The notes under the pieces are model-generated. The model did no database searches. It saw only the letters and a list, made by a program, of their open reading frames with translations, and was not told where the DNA came from. A stretch of DNA of 17,850 nucleotides from Thermoplasmata archaeon (GTDB lineage: Archaea; Thermoplasmatota; Thermoplasmata; Thermoplasmatales; ARK-15): assembly GCA_039794005.1 (NCBI GenBank), contig JBAMMA010000018.1, positions 1 through 17,850 on the forward strand, given 5' to 3'. Positions 8,463 to 16,570 of this stretch are shown here, piece by piece. The translations under genes were made by a program, and so were the position numbers. Each line of letters opens with the position of its first letter. The first letter of the stretch is position 1.

Positions 8463-9986
8463 ATGGAATTTGTGTGCAAATATATAGATCTAAACAATGG
8501 TAAAAGAACTGTTATTTTAAATAAAAATGATGCAATAAAGTTAGGTGTAAATGAGGAAAACAGAGTAATAATATACGGTGGAGAGATTTCTAAAATATTT
8601 TTTGTAAATACAACAGATTATTTGGTAAAAGAGGGAAACTGCTTGATAAATATGGATATTTTTAAAACAGAAAGGGTTAAAATAGAACCGTTGACATCTT
8701 TAAAAAGTACAGAATATATAAAAAAGAAAATTTATGGCAAAAGTCTGAGTAAAATTGAGGTGGACGAAATTATAAAAGATATTGTTGAAGACAATCTATC
8801 ACAAATAGAATTGTCGTCTTACGTTATATCTCTACAAACCGTAGGAATGAATGAAACTGAAATATCCAACCTTGTAGATTCCATGGTTTTCACCGGTGAA
8901 ACTATAAAGTTCGATTTTGATGTATATGATGTACATAGCATTGGAGGAGTACCTGGCAATAAGTACGCTTTGTTAACGGTTCCAATAGCCGCTTCTTTTG
9001 GGATTAGAATACCTAAAACATCATCTAGGGCGATAAGCAGCGCAGCCGGAACTGCAGATGTTATGGAAGTGGTGGCAAATGTATCATTAAAGCCCGAAGA
9101 TATTAAAAGAATTGTGAATATAGTGGGAGCAACATTAGCATGGGGTGGTGCAATGAAACTGGCCCCCGCCGATGATAAAATTATAAAGGTTGAACAACCA
9201 ATGGGTATTGATCCATGGAGTCAATTAGTTGCTAGCGTACTTTCGAAAAAAAAGGCCACAAACATAAAAAATCTGTTGATCGACATTCCAATGGGAAATG
9301 AGACAAAGGTTGAAAATCAAAAAGACGCAAAGGAATTGGGAGATCTTTTTATTAAGATTGGAAATAGAGTTGGAATTGACATAAATATTGCAATTACATA
9401 TGGAGGTCAACCACTCGGAAGAACAATTGGTCCTGCATTAGAGGCACAGGAAGCTTTGATGGCCCTGGAGGGAAAGCATGTTTCTAACAGCCTTGTTGTA
9501 AAAAGTGTTGAACTTGCATCAATATTAATGGAGATGGCAGGAGTTGCAGATATAAATAGAGCAAAAGATTTGGCATATACGGCAATTTCAAATGGTAAAG
9601 CAAGAGAGAAATTCTTTGAAATTGTTAGGGAGCAGGGAAGTAAAAACATCGAAAAAAGTGATGACATTGAGCTTGGTAAATATGAATATGAATATCTATC
9701 AAATAGAGATGGTTATATATCTAAAATATCTAATAGGGCATTAGTTAAAATTGCTAGATCTCTGGGAGCTCCATCTTCTAAAAAGGCTGGAATATATTTA
9801 AATAAAAAGATTGGGGATAAAATTGAAAAAAATGAAATGATAATAAAATTATATTCAGAAAGTAAGGAAAGGCTAGAACAGACCCTTAAACTTATTAATA
9901 GCCTGAATATTTATGAGATAGAGGGCATGGTAATAGACCATTATCCAAAAAATAGTAGATCAAAAATATCGGACTTGACAGAATGA
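8463..9986 (+). CDS. deoA: AMP phosphorylase (archaeal thymidine phosphorylase family)
   Basis: 507 aa with the extra N-terminal domain; DVHSIGGVPGNK, PKTSSRAISSAAGTAD, LAPADD.II, SKK, QP.G..IGPALEA. Confidence 0.93.
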   Translation: MEFVCKYIDLNNGKRTVILNKNDAIKLGVNEENRVIIYGGEISKIFFVNTTDYLVKEGNCLINMDIFKTERVKIEPLTSLKSTEYIKKKIYGKSLSKIEVDEIIKDIVEDNLSQIELSSYVISLQTVGMNETEISNLVDSMVFTGETIKFDFDVYDVHSIGGVPGNKYALLTVPIAASFGIRIPKTSSRAISSAAGTADVMEVVANVSLKPEDIKRIVNIVGATLAWGGAMKLAPADDKIIKVEQPMGIDPWSQLVASVLSKKKATNIKNLLIDIPMGNETKVENQKDAKELGDLFIKIGNRVGIDINIAITYGGQPLGRTIGPALEAQEALMALEGKHVSNSLVVKSVELASILMEMAGVADINRAKDLAYTAISNGKAREKFFEIVREQGSKNIEKSDDIELGKYEYEYLSNRDGYISKISNRALVKIARSLGAPSSKKAGIYLNKKIGDKIEKNEMIIKLYSESKERLEQTLKLINSLNIYEIEGMVIDHYPKNSRSKISDLTE

Positions 9987-10213
9987 AATTAAAATTGTAT
10001 GCAAAGCTCCATGATATATTCGGTAAAAATGAAATAATCTTAGATATAAATTTCAGAAATGTTGATGAATTAAAAAAATTTTTAAAAATTTATTATAAAG
10101 ATATTCATGATAATTTAGCATTTGTTGTTTGCAACGGGAAATATCTTGATGATGATAGTTCAATTCAAGATTGCGATGAGGTATTTTTATTTCCTTCATT
10201 TTCTGGAGGTTGA
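9983..10213 (+). CDS. MoaD/ThiS/SAMP ubiquitin-like protein
   Basis: 76 aa, KLYA.L..FG, NG.....D.V...P.FSGG with a free C-terminal diglycine. ATGA overlap with AMP phosphorylase. Confidence 0.88.
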   Translation: MKLKLYAKLHDIFGKNEIILDINFRNVDELKKFLKIYYKDIHDNLAFVVCNGKYLDDDSSIQDCDEVFLFPSFSGG

Positions 10214-10617
10214 TCCCTAATTATTTCATACGTATACGTAACCTTTGCACCTGATCTCTTAAACATTATACTTGCGGAACAGTATTTATTTTGCGATAAT
10301 TCTATTGCTTTAACCAATTTTTCTTCATTGATATTTCCATATGCTCTATAATGTATTTTCACCTCTGTATATACTCTTGGATGATCTTGCGCCCTTTCAC
10401 CGTGAACATCTACAACCAGGTCCTTCAGGGGTTCCCTCATTTTTTCGAGTATCATGACAACATCTATGGACGTGCATGCACCTAGCCCAGCCAGTAGAAA
10501 ATCAATCGCAGATGCATTTGTTATCCTATTACCGTCCACAACAAATGAATGCTTTCCATCAACTGTAGCTATAAACCTAAGATCTCCTGCAAATTTTATA
10601 GATACGTCCATCTTCAT
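10165..10617 (-). CDS. OsmC/YhfA-family protein
   Basis: LLAGLGACTSIDV and A.ELS..KYCSAS (two Cys), plus R...HPRVYT. Start 10617 or 10611. Confidence 0.92.
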   Translation of the reverse strand: MKMDVSIKFAGDLRFIATVDGKHSFVVDGNRITNASAIDFLLAGLGACTSIDVVMILEKMREPLKDLVVDVHGERAQDHPRVYTEVKIHYRAYGNINEEKLVKAIELSQNKYCSASIMFKRSGAKVTYTYEIIRDQPPENEGNKNTSSQS

Positions 10618-10658
10618 TACTATAAAGAGGGTATTAAAAAATTTTTGTCTTTCGATCA

Positions 10659-11111
10659 TCACAATTTTTTATTCATACCGACCTTCATTTTGCAGTATGC
10701 ATATAATGCATCATATACAGGGAACTGAAGTTTCATATTTTCATAATCATCCTTTGAAATTTCCCTGAATCCTTTTGCAATGGCCTTAAGACCAGCACTT
10801 TCTGGCGGCGGATTTGGGATATCTGCATCTGCTCCCCTCACAATCTTTGCCAGTTCATTCAGTGCTGGATCAGTGAGATTATATTTTTTTATAATTGCAT
10901 CAAAACTAACACGTTCTTCGCTATTTTCTTTATAATGCGTTAATTCAGCACCTTCTACATCAAATGGTATCGCATTCAGTTCTTTTGCTTTTCTCAAAAC
11001 TTCTTCCTTAGGTAAAAATAAAAATTCCGCTTCTCTATCTATGAAATTTTTTATCAACCATGGGCATGCAATGCGATCCACCATCGCCTTTTCTCTAGTT
11101 ATCCACCTCAT
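10659..11111 (-). CDS. ChrB-domain (chromate resistance, ChrF-like) protein
   Basis: WITRE...VDRIACPWLI..FID..AEF, A.PFD, SFD, LA.IVRGAD, E.AGL and YDALY. Confidence 0.9.
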   Translation of the reverse strand: MRWITREKAMVDRIACPWLIKNFIDREAEFLFLPKEEVLRKAKELNAIPFDVEGAELTHYKENSEERVSFDAIIKKYNLTDPALNELAKIVRGADADIPNPPPESAGLKAIAKGFREISKDDYENMKLQFPVYDALYAYCKMKVGMNKKL

Positions 11112-11118
11112 GTTTCAT

Positions 11119-11497
11119 TTAAAATAATCGATATATTAAATAGCTTTGAAAAATATAAAAAGTATATTGTTTAAATTTTTTCTCTATGATTATTTTCAAT
11201 TCATTTGCATTGTTGAATTCCTTTTCTTTTGATGCATATAGAAAAATTATGTCCTTAATACTTAACATTTCCTGTATTTTGTTAAAAAATTCCTTGAAAT
11301 AAGGATTATTATTCAATTCAAATTCATATTTTTCTAGAAATTCATTCCATTTTAATTTGTCATGGGAAAACCATTTCCTTAGCCCAAAGATCAATCTCGC
11401 TTTTATTTATACCTCATGACCATAATCTATCAACCAGAATTTTATATCCATCCGGTATAGGTTTTTCATAAATCCTCCATGTCATTATATTTCCCAT
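11119..11497 (-). pseudogene. DUF488 (YeaO-like) pseudogene
   Basis: From ATG 11497 (AGGAGATGA RBS): MGNIMTWRIYEKPIPDGYKILVDRLWS*GINKSEIDLWAKE, then a frame change to LRKWFSHD..W.EF...Y..EL..LYASKE...NNA. In-frame TGA at 11414-11416 and a frameshifting deletion at about 11374-11383. Confidence 0.9.
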
Positions 11498-11504
11498 ATT
11501 TAAA

Positions 11505-12152
11505 TCATCTCCTTTTTATAGACCTTAAAAAAACGGCCAAAACTAATAATAAAAGTATTACAACGGCAATTATTACATATACAATTTCAATAATAATTGG
11601 TTTTATATTTGTGTTTGTTAGCTTAAGATTTAAATTGAGTCCAAAAAATGTTATGTTTTCATCGACTATTATTCCAGTTGACATGTCAACGTATTCAACT
11701 GTTCCATAATTTCCTATTATTTTATCCGTATTGTATGTTCCTGCAGGCACTTTTATTTGTACATTGGGAATTACGCTTTTCACACTACTGTTCATATCTT
11801 CAGGGATTTTTCCTTGGTTTAGATAATTAAGGTCGTTGGTGGAAACAGCTGGAAAACCGTTTGGATCTGAATAGTTACCATTCAATGTTATATTTTCCGA
11901 TAAAGACCTGTATTTAACAGATGAAAAATTCTCTGTATATACAAAGGAACCGTTATTCTGATATATATAAATTATTGTATATCTTACAGAAAAATATTCC
12001 TTTATACCTAGGATTGTTGTTGCATTATATTCCAAATAAGCATTTTTAAAACCCCATACCGGATTTGATAGATTCTGTGATAGAGAAATTGGATAAAATA
12101 TCACTCCAAATAATAACATTGTTATAATCAAAGTTTTTATTTTAAAATTCAT
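11505..12152 (-). CDS. Hypothetical secreted, C-terminally membrane-anchored glycoprotein
   Basis: N-terminal K-hydrophobic signal, C-terminal TM helix plus RSIKRR, many N-x-S/T sequons and a VPAGTY motif. Start likely 12152; the track gives 12191. Confidence 0.75.
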   Translation of the reverse strand: MNFKIKTLIITMLLFGVIFYPISLSQNLSNPVWGFKNAYLEYNATTILGIKEYFSVRYTIIYIYQNNGSFVYTENFSSVKYRSLSENITLNGNYSDPNGFPAVSTNDLNYLNQGKIPEDMNSSVKSVIPNVQIKVPAGTYNTDKIIGNYGTVEYVDMSTGIIVDENITFFGLNLNLKLTNTNIKPIIIEIVYVIIAVVILLLLVLAVFLRSIKRR

Positions 12153-12247
12153 GATAAAATTATTGAAATTTATAAAAATAAAATTTTCCATTGATTAATA
12201 AAGTAAATTTTTAATGTTGTATTATAATATAGGTATGGCGATATGAT

Positions 12248-13720
12248 ATGCCAAAACCATCATACTACATGTTGAATTTTAAAAGGGTTCCTATCAAACA
12301 TGAAAAACCAGAAGATAGGAAAAAGGATTTTTATAAGGTTGTTACGCTTGGATATACAAAGGAAGAGGCAATGAAGGAAGCCTCTAGATGTTTAGGATGC
12401 GGGCTATGCATTCAGGGATGTCCAGCAAGGTTGGATATACCAGGTTATGTTCAAGCAATAGCAAGAGGAGATTTTGCTGAGAGTTTAAAGATAATAATGA
12501 GAGATCTTCCATTTCCTCAGATATGTGGGAATATTTGTACACACAGGTGTGAAGATAATTGTGTATACAAAGAACCTGTGGCCATTAGACATTTAAAACG
12601 ATTTGTTGGTGAGCAATTTAAAGATTATGCCACAGTAGTAAATCATCAAAAAAGAAAATCAACGGGTAAAAAAGTGGCAATCATTGGTTCAGGTCCAGCT
12701 GGTTTAACTGCTGCATATTATTTGACACAATTTGGTGTAGAATGCACAGTTTATGAAGCTGCTCCAGTGCCTATGGGAGAACTCAACCTTGGTATACCTA
12801 AATATAGATTATCCAAGGAGATAATTGAAAAAGAATTCAATTTTGTAAAGAATGCAGGTGTTAAATTCTACTTCAATAAAAAGGTGGGAAAAGATGTTTC
12901 ATTTGAAGAGATTTATAATAATTACGATGCAATATTTCTTGGAATTGGAAATATGAAACCAAACTTAACAGGAACACCAGGTTCAGATGGTAAATATTTC
13001 TATCATGCATTGGAATTCTTGAAGTTGGCAAATCTAGGTGAAAGGGTGGAGATTGGCAAAAAGGTTGCAATAATAGGAGGCGGTTTTACAGCAATGGATT
13101 CGGCTAGAACCGCCTTAAGGTTAGGGGCTGAAAAGGTATATGTACTTTACAGAAGAAGAGCGGAGGACAGACCAAGTTATCCATCAACTAATGCGGAAGA
13201 AGAAATGGAAGAAACGGTTGAAGAAGGAGTAGAATTCATGTGGAAAGTTACGCCTATCGAATATGTTAAAGATTCAAATGGATATATTAAGGGGATAAGA
13301 TATTGGAAGAATGACATGGTTGGAAGTGCTAAAGAGGGTAGACTAAAACCAGTACCAATAAAAGATTATGAATTTTTCCTGGAGGTGGATACAGTTATAG
13401 AGGCAACTGGTCAAAACGTAGATTTATCATTCCTTCCACCTCAATTCTTGGAAAAATTGAAAATGAACAGGAATGAAATATGGGTTGATAAAAATATGAT
13501 GACCTCTATTCCAAAGATTTTCGCAGGCGGAGATGCAGTAAATGAAACAAAGGATTTCATTTCGGCTGTTGCTGATGGTTACAAAGCCTTTAAAGGTATA
13601 CTGAGATACTTTAACATTGAATTTAAAGAAGAAGAAAAAGTGGAATGCAATGAAATGGCTAACATAATGAAAGAATCTGTAAACAAAGATGTCATTTGTG
13701 ATACGTACATAAAATTATAA
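12248..13720 (+). CDS. GltD/SudA/Nfn large-subunit-like NADPH-dependent FeS flavoprotein
   Basis: EASRCLGC..C..GCP, CGNIC...CE..C, GSGPAG, GIP.YRL, GGGFTAMD, YRR and FAGGD. Confidence 0.9.
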   Translation: MPKPSYYMLNFKRVPIKHEKPEDRKKDFYKVVTLGYTKEEAMKEASRCLGCGLCIQGCPARLDIPGYVQAIARGDFAESLKIIMRDLPFPQICGNICTHRCEDNCVYKEPVAIRHLKRFVGEQFKDYATVVNHQKRKSTGKKVAIIGSGPAGLTAAYYLTQFGVECTVYEAAPVPMGELNLGIPKYRLSKEIIEKEFNFVKNAGVKFYFNKKVGKDVSFEEIYNNYDAIFLGIGNMKPNLTGTPGSDGKYFYHALEFLKLANLGERVEIGKKVAIIGGGFTAMDSARTALRLGAEKVYVLYRRRAEDRPSYPSTNAEEEMEETVEEGVEFMWKVTPIEYVKDSNGYIKGIRYWKNDMVGSAKEGRLKPVPIKDYEFFLEVDTVIEATGQNVDLSFLPPQFLEKLKMNRNEIWVDKNMMTSIPKIFAGGDAVNETKDFISAVADGYKAFKGILRYFNIEFKEEEKVECNEMANIMKESVNKDVICDTYIKL

Positions 13721-13775
13721 ACTTTTGAATAAATTTTATAACATACCATTTTGTTTTATACATCTAGGTGTCCAC

Positions 13776-14804
13776 ATGTATAGATTTGGATTAACAGGCA
13801 TTCCTCTATCTTCCAAGGGCAGAATGCTAAGGGATGCTATAGAGGATACATATTTAATGGGATTAAATGCCTTGGAAATAACATTTATGAAATTTAACGT
13901 TATGGATGTAGATGCTACAGTAGAGGTAGGTTTAAAGCCAAAAGAGGTAATGCCAGAAACAAAGGATGAGAGCAAAATTGTTATTGATGTTTTAAGGATA
14001 AATGAAGAGGGAAATTATGAAAGTGTAGGTATTGATACACAGATTGAAAGAGGTGATATATTAAGGATATTGCAATGGAATTTAGCGAGGTCGTATTCTG
14101 AATTGGAAGACCTAGGAAAAATAGCGAAAGAATTGGATGTTAAACTCACTTTTCATACTCCAAATTATATAGATTTGGTTTCAAATGATGAATTCACAGA
14201 AAAGTCGATAAATTACATAATATGGTCAGGGATGTTGGCAAATGTATTAAATGCAGATATGATTGTAACAAATCTAGGTCTATATGGAGACGAAGAACCA
14301 GCAAATGCAATGAAAAAAATAATTCAAAATGTTAAAATCGTGAGGGATAGATTAAATAAAATGAATATAAAGATACCGATCGGTTTTGAAACATCTGGTA
14401 AAAAAAGTGTTGCAGGTAGTTTAGAAGAATTGTTAGATGTATCTAAAAAGGTCAAGAACGTGGTACCTATAATTAATTTTCCTAAGCTTATGGCTAGATC
14501 AGGCATGTTATTTAAATCTCCCCAAGATTATGAAAAGGTTATTCAAAAGGTTGAAAAATATTTCCCGAATGGACTTTATGTTCAATTTGCGTCACTTGAA
14601 ACAATGCCTGAAAACATGATAAGGCTTGCGCCAATTAAGAGGGGGGAGCCAAAGTTTGATTTTCTCGCTGAATTGATATATGAAAAGGAATATGACATTA
14701 CAATAATTTCGGTATCTCCTTTGCTAGAACATGATGCCCAATACATGAGGGTAATTTTGGAAAGGATAATATCAAAGAAGATACAAAATAAGTGGGAAAA
14801 ATGA
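13776..14804 (+). CDS. Endonuclease IV-like TIM-barrel protein, degenerate metal site, with an inserted domain
   Basis: RFG..GIP, GL.ALE..F, AKELDV.L..H.P.YI.L, ET.GK...GSLEE and SPLLE.DA match archaeal EndoIV. AGGTG RBS before ATG 13776. Confidence 0.8.
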   Translation: MYRFGLTGIPLSSKGRMLRDAIEDTYLMGLNALEITFMKFNVMDVDATVEVGLKPKEVMPETKDESKIVIDVLRINEEGNYESVGIDTQIERGDILRILQWNLARSYSELEDLGKIAKELDVKLTFHTPNYIDLVSNDEFTEKSINYIIWSGMLANVLNADMIVTNLGLYGDEEPANAMKKIIQNVKIVRDRLNKMNIKIPIGFETSGKKSVAGSLEELLDVSKKVKNVVPIINFPKLMARSGMLFKSPQDYEKVIQKVEKYFPNGLYVQFASLETMPENMIRLAPIKRGEPKFDFLAELIYEKEYDITIISVSPLLEHDAQYMRVILERIISKKIQNKWEK

Positions 14805-15337
14805 TATGGAAAGAATCATATAAATTTATAACATCACAAATACTCGAAGTGATGAACAATATTAATAATGAAAGCATTAACAAAGCAAAGGAAATTATTT
14901 TAACATCACAAAAGATCTTTGTTTATGGTGCGGGAAGAAGCGGAATAATAGGTAAAGCTTTTGCAATGAGGCTAGTTCAATTGGGTCTTGTTGCATATTT
15001 TATTGGAGAGACAATTACACCAATAGTAACAGACCATGATTCTGTTATTATCATATCTAATACTGGAAATACAAAATCTTCTGTACTTGTAGCTGAAATT
15101 TCAAAAAATGTTGGAGCAAAAATAATTGCAATAACATCAAATCCAAATTCTGAGATATCAAAGATTTCAAATTTACAGATACTTTTAGGACCAATATCAC
15201 ATAATTCGCTTGCCCCATTGGGAACAGTATTTGAAGATGCAACCTTAATATTTTTAGATTCTTTTGTTGCAGAATTGATGGAAAGTTTAAAGCAAACTGA
15301 AGAAGATTTGAGAAAAAGACATGCGATATGGGTGTAA
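14801..15337 (+). CDS. hxlB: 6-phospho-3-hexuloisomerase (SIS domain)
   Basis: IFVYGAGRSG...KAFAMRL, GETITP, IS.TG.T, LAPLGT.FE and ..RH. ATGA overlap at 14801-14804. Confidence 0.88.
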   Translation: MIWKESYKFITSQILEVMNNINNESINKAKEIILTSQKIFVYGAGRSGIIGKAFAMRLVQLGLVAYFIGETITPIVTDHDSVIIISNTGNTKSSVLVAEISKNVGAKIIAITSNPNSEISKISNLQILLGPISHNSLAPLGTVFEDATLIFLDSFVAELMESLKQTEEDLRKRHAIWV

Positions 15338-15339
15338 AC

Positions 15340-15969
15340 ATGAAGGTAAATGAGATATTTTATTCATTGCAGGGGGAAGGCATTCTAATCGGTAAACCGA
15401 TGGTTTTTGTAAGATTTTCAGGATGCAATTTAATGTGTACCTGGTGTGACACAAAATATGCCTGGGAAGAGGGGAAAGAGATGGAGATTGATGATATTTT
15501 ATCTATAATAAGAAAATTTGATACTGAATGGATATGTTTGACGGGTGGAGAGCCTTTAATCCAAAAAGATATTTATAAGTTGATTAATATACTACTAAAT
15601 GAGAATAAAAAGATATTATTAGAAACGAACGGTTCTATCTCTATTGAAAATGTACCAACTGAAGAGAATATAATCATAGACATGGATATAAAAACACCTT
15701 CATCTGGCATGCAACAATATAACGATTTTTCTAATTTGGAATTATTAGGTCCCAAAGATTACGTAAAATTTGTGATAAAAGACAGAGATGATTATGAATA
15801 TGCAAAAGATATAATAAAAAAATATAATATTAAATGTGAAATTGTTTTTCAACCGGAGGGAAACAAAAACATTAGAGAGTTGGCAGAATGGGTCTTGAAT
15901 GATAAACTGAATGTTAGGGTGCTAATACAATTGCACAAAATAATATGGGGTGATGTACGTGGTAAATAG
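15340..15969 (+). CDS. queE: 7-carboxy-7-deazaguanine synthase (radical SAM)
   Basis: EIFYSLQGEG, FVRFSGCNLMCTWCDT, TGGEPL, ETNGS, MDIK.PSSG, KFVI and QLHK..W. GGTG RBS before ATG 15340. Confidence 0.9.
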   Translation: MKVNEIFYSLQGEGILIGKPMVFVRFSGCNLMCTWCDTKYAWEEGKEMEIDDILSIIRKFDTEWICLTGGEPLIQKDIYKLINILLNENKKILLETNGSISIENVPTEENIIIDMDIKTPSSGMQQYNDFSNLELLGPKDYVKFVIKDRDDYEYAKDIIKKYNIKCEIVFQPEGNKNIRELAEWVLNDKLNVRVLIQLHKIIWGDVRGK

Positions 15970-16570
15970 ATATACCGATGAAGAGGGAATATTTTCAGTA
16001 AAAGTAGCTAGAATGGTTGTTGAGGATTATTTAAACAATAGGGAAATAAGAAAAATTGATTTTCAACCTAAATTTGAAAATAAGGCTGGAGTTTTTACTA
16101 CAATTAATTCCTACCCTTCTGGTGATTTAAGGGGATGCATAGGATTTCCTGAACCTATATATCCCCTTAAGGATGCATTGATAAAAAGTGCAATCTATGC
16201 TGCCACGGAGGATCCCAGATTTCCACCACTACATTTAAATGAACTGGATAAAGTTACTTTTGAAGTATCTCTATTAACTGTTCCAGAAGAGATGAAGGAT
16301 ATCAAACCTGAGAATATTAAAATCGGGCGTGATGGTTTAATTATTAGATATGGATTTTATTCGGGTTTATTGCTACCACAGGTTGCAGTAGAAGAAAGAT
16401 TAACAAGCGAAGAATTCCTTGATATGACATGTTTGAAGGCAGGATTATCTCCAGGATGCTGGAAAAATAAAAATACAAAATTATACACTTTTCAAGCAGA
16501 AATATTCAGAGAGGAAAAACCTGGTGGTAAAATATACAGGGTGTATTTAGATGAAAGTGATTTCAGGTAA
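15959..16570 (+). CDS. AMMECR1-domain protein (TIGR00296-type)
   Basis: GVF.T, LRGCIG, AA.EDPRF, EVS.L, G.DGL, GLLLPQV and C.KAG. GGGGTGA RBS favours GTG 15959; the track gives 15950. Confidence 0.93.
   Translation: MVNRYTDEEGIFSVKVARMVVEDYLNNREIRKIDFQPKFENKAGVFTTINSYPSGDLRGCIGFPEPIYPLKDALIKSAIYAATEDPRFPPLHLNELDKVTFEVSLLTVPEEMKDIKPENIKIGRDGLIIRYGFYSGLLLPQVAVEERLTSEEFLDMTCLKAGLSPGCWKNKNTKLYTFQAEIFREEKPGGKIYRVYLDESDFR

Noticed and set aside
11414-11416. In-frame TGA in DUF488 as selenocysteine or recoding
   Set aside because: It aligns to a conserved Arg, not Cys; a separate frameshifting deletion follows; TGA is a normal stop in other genes here.
3728-15755. Numerous short antisense or alternate-frame ORFs in the track (e.g. 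3728-3985, 6814-7254, 7393-7890, 8063-8347, 10454-10768, 11479-11709, 15057-15341)
   Set aside because: They lie inside well-supported genes, have shadow-like composition and show no recognisable motifs.
15340-15969. queE as part of a dpd DNA-modification defence island
   Set aside because: No dpdA or other dpd, queC or queD genes; the context is housekeeping, so archaeosine synthesis is more parsimonious.
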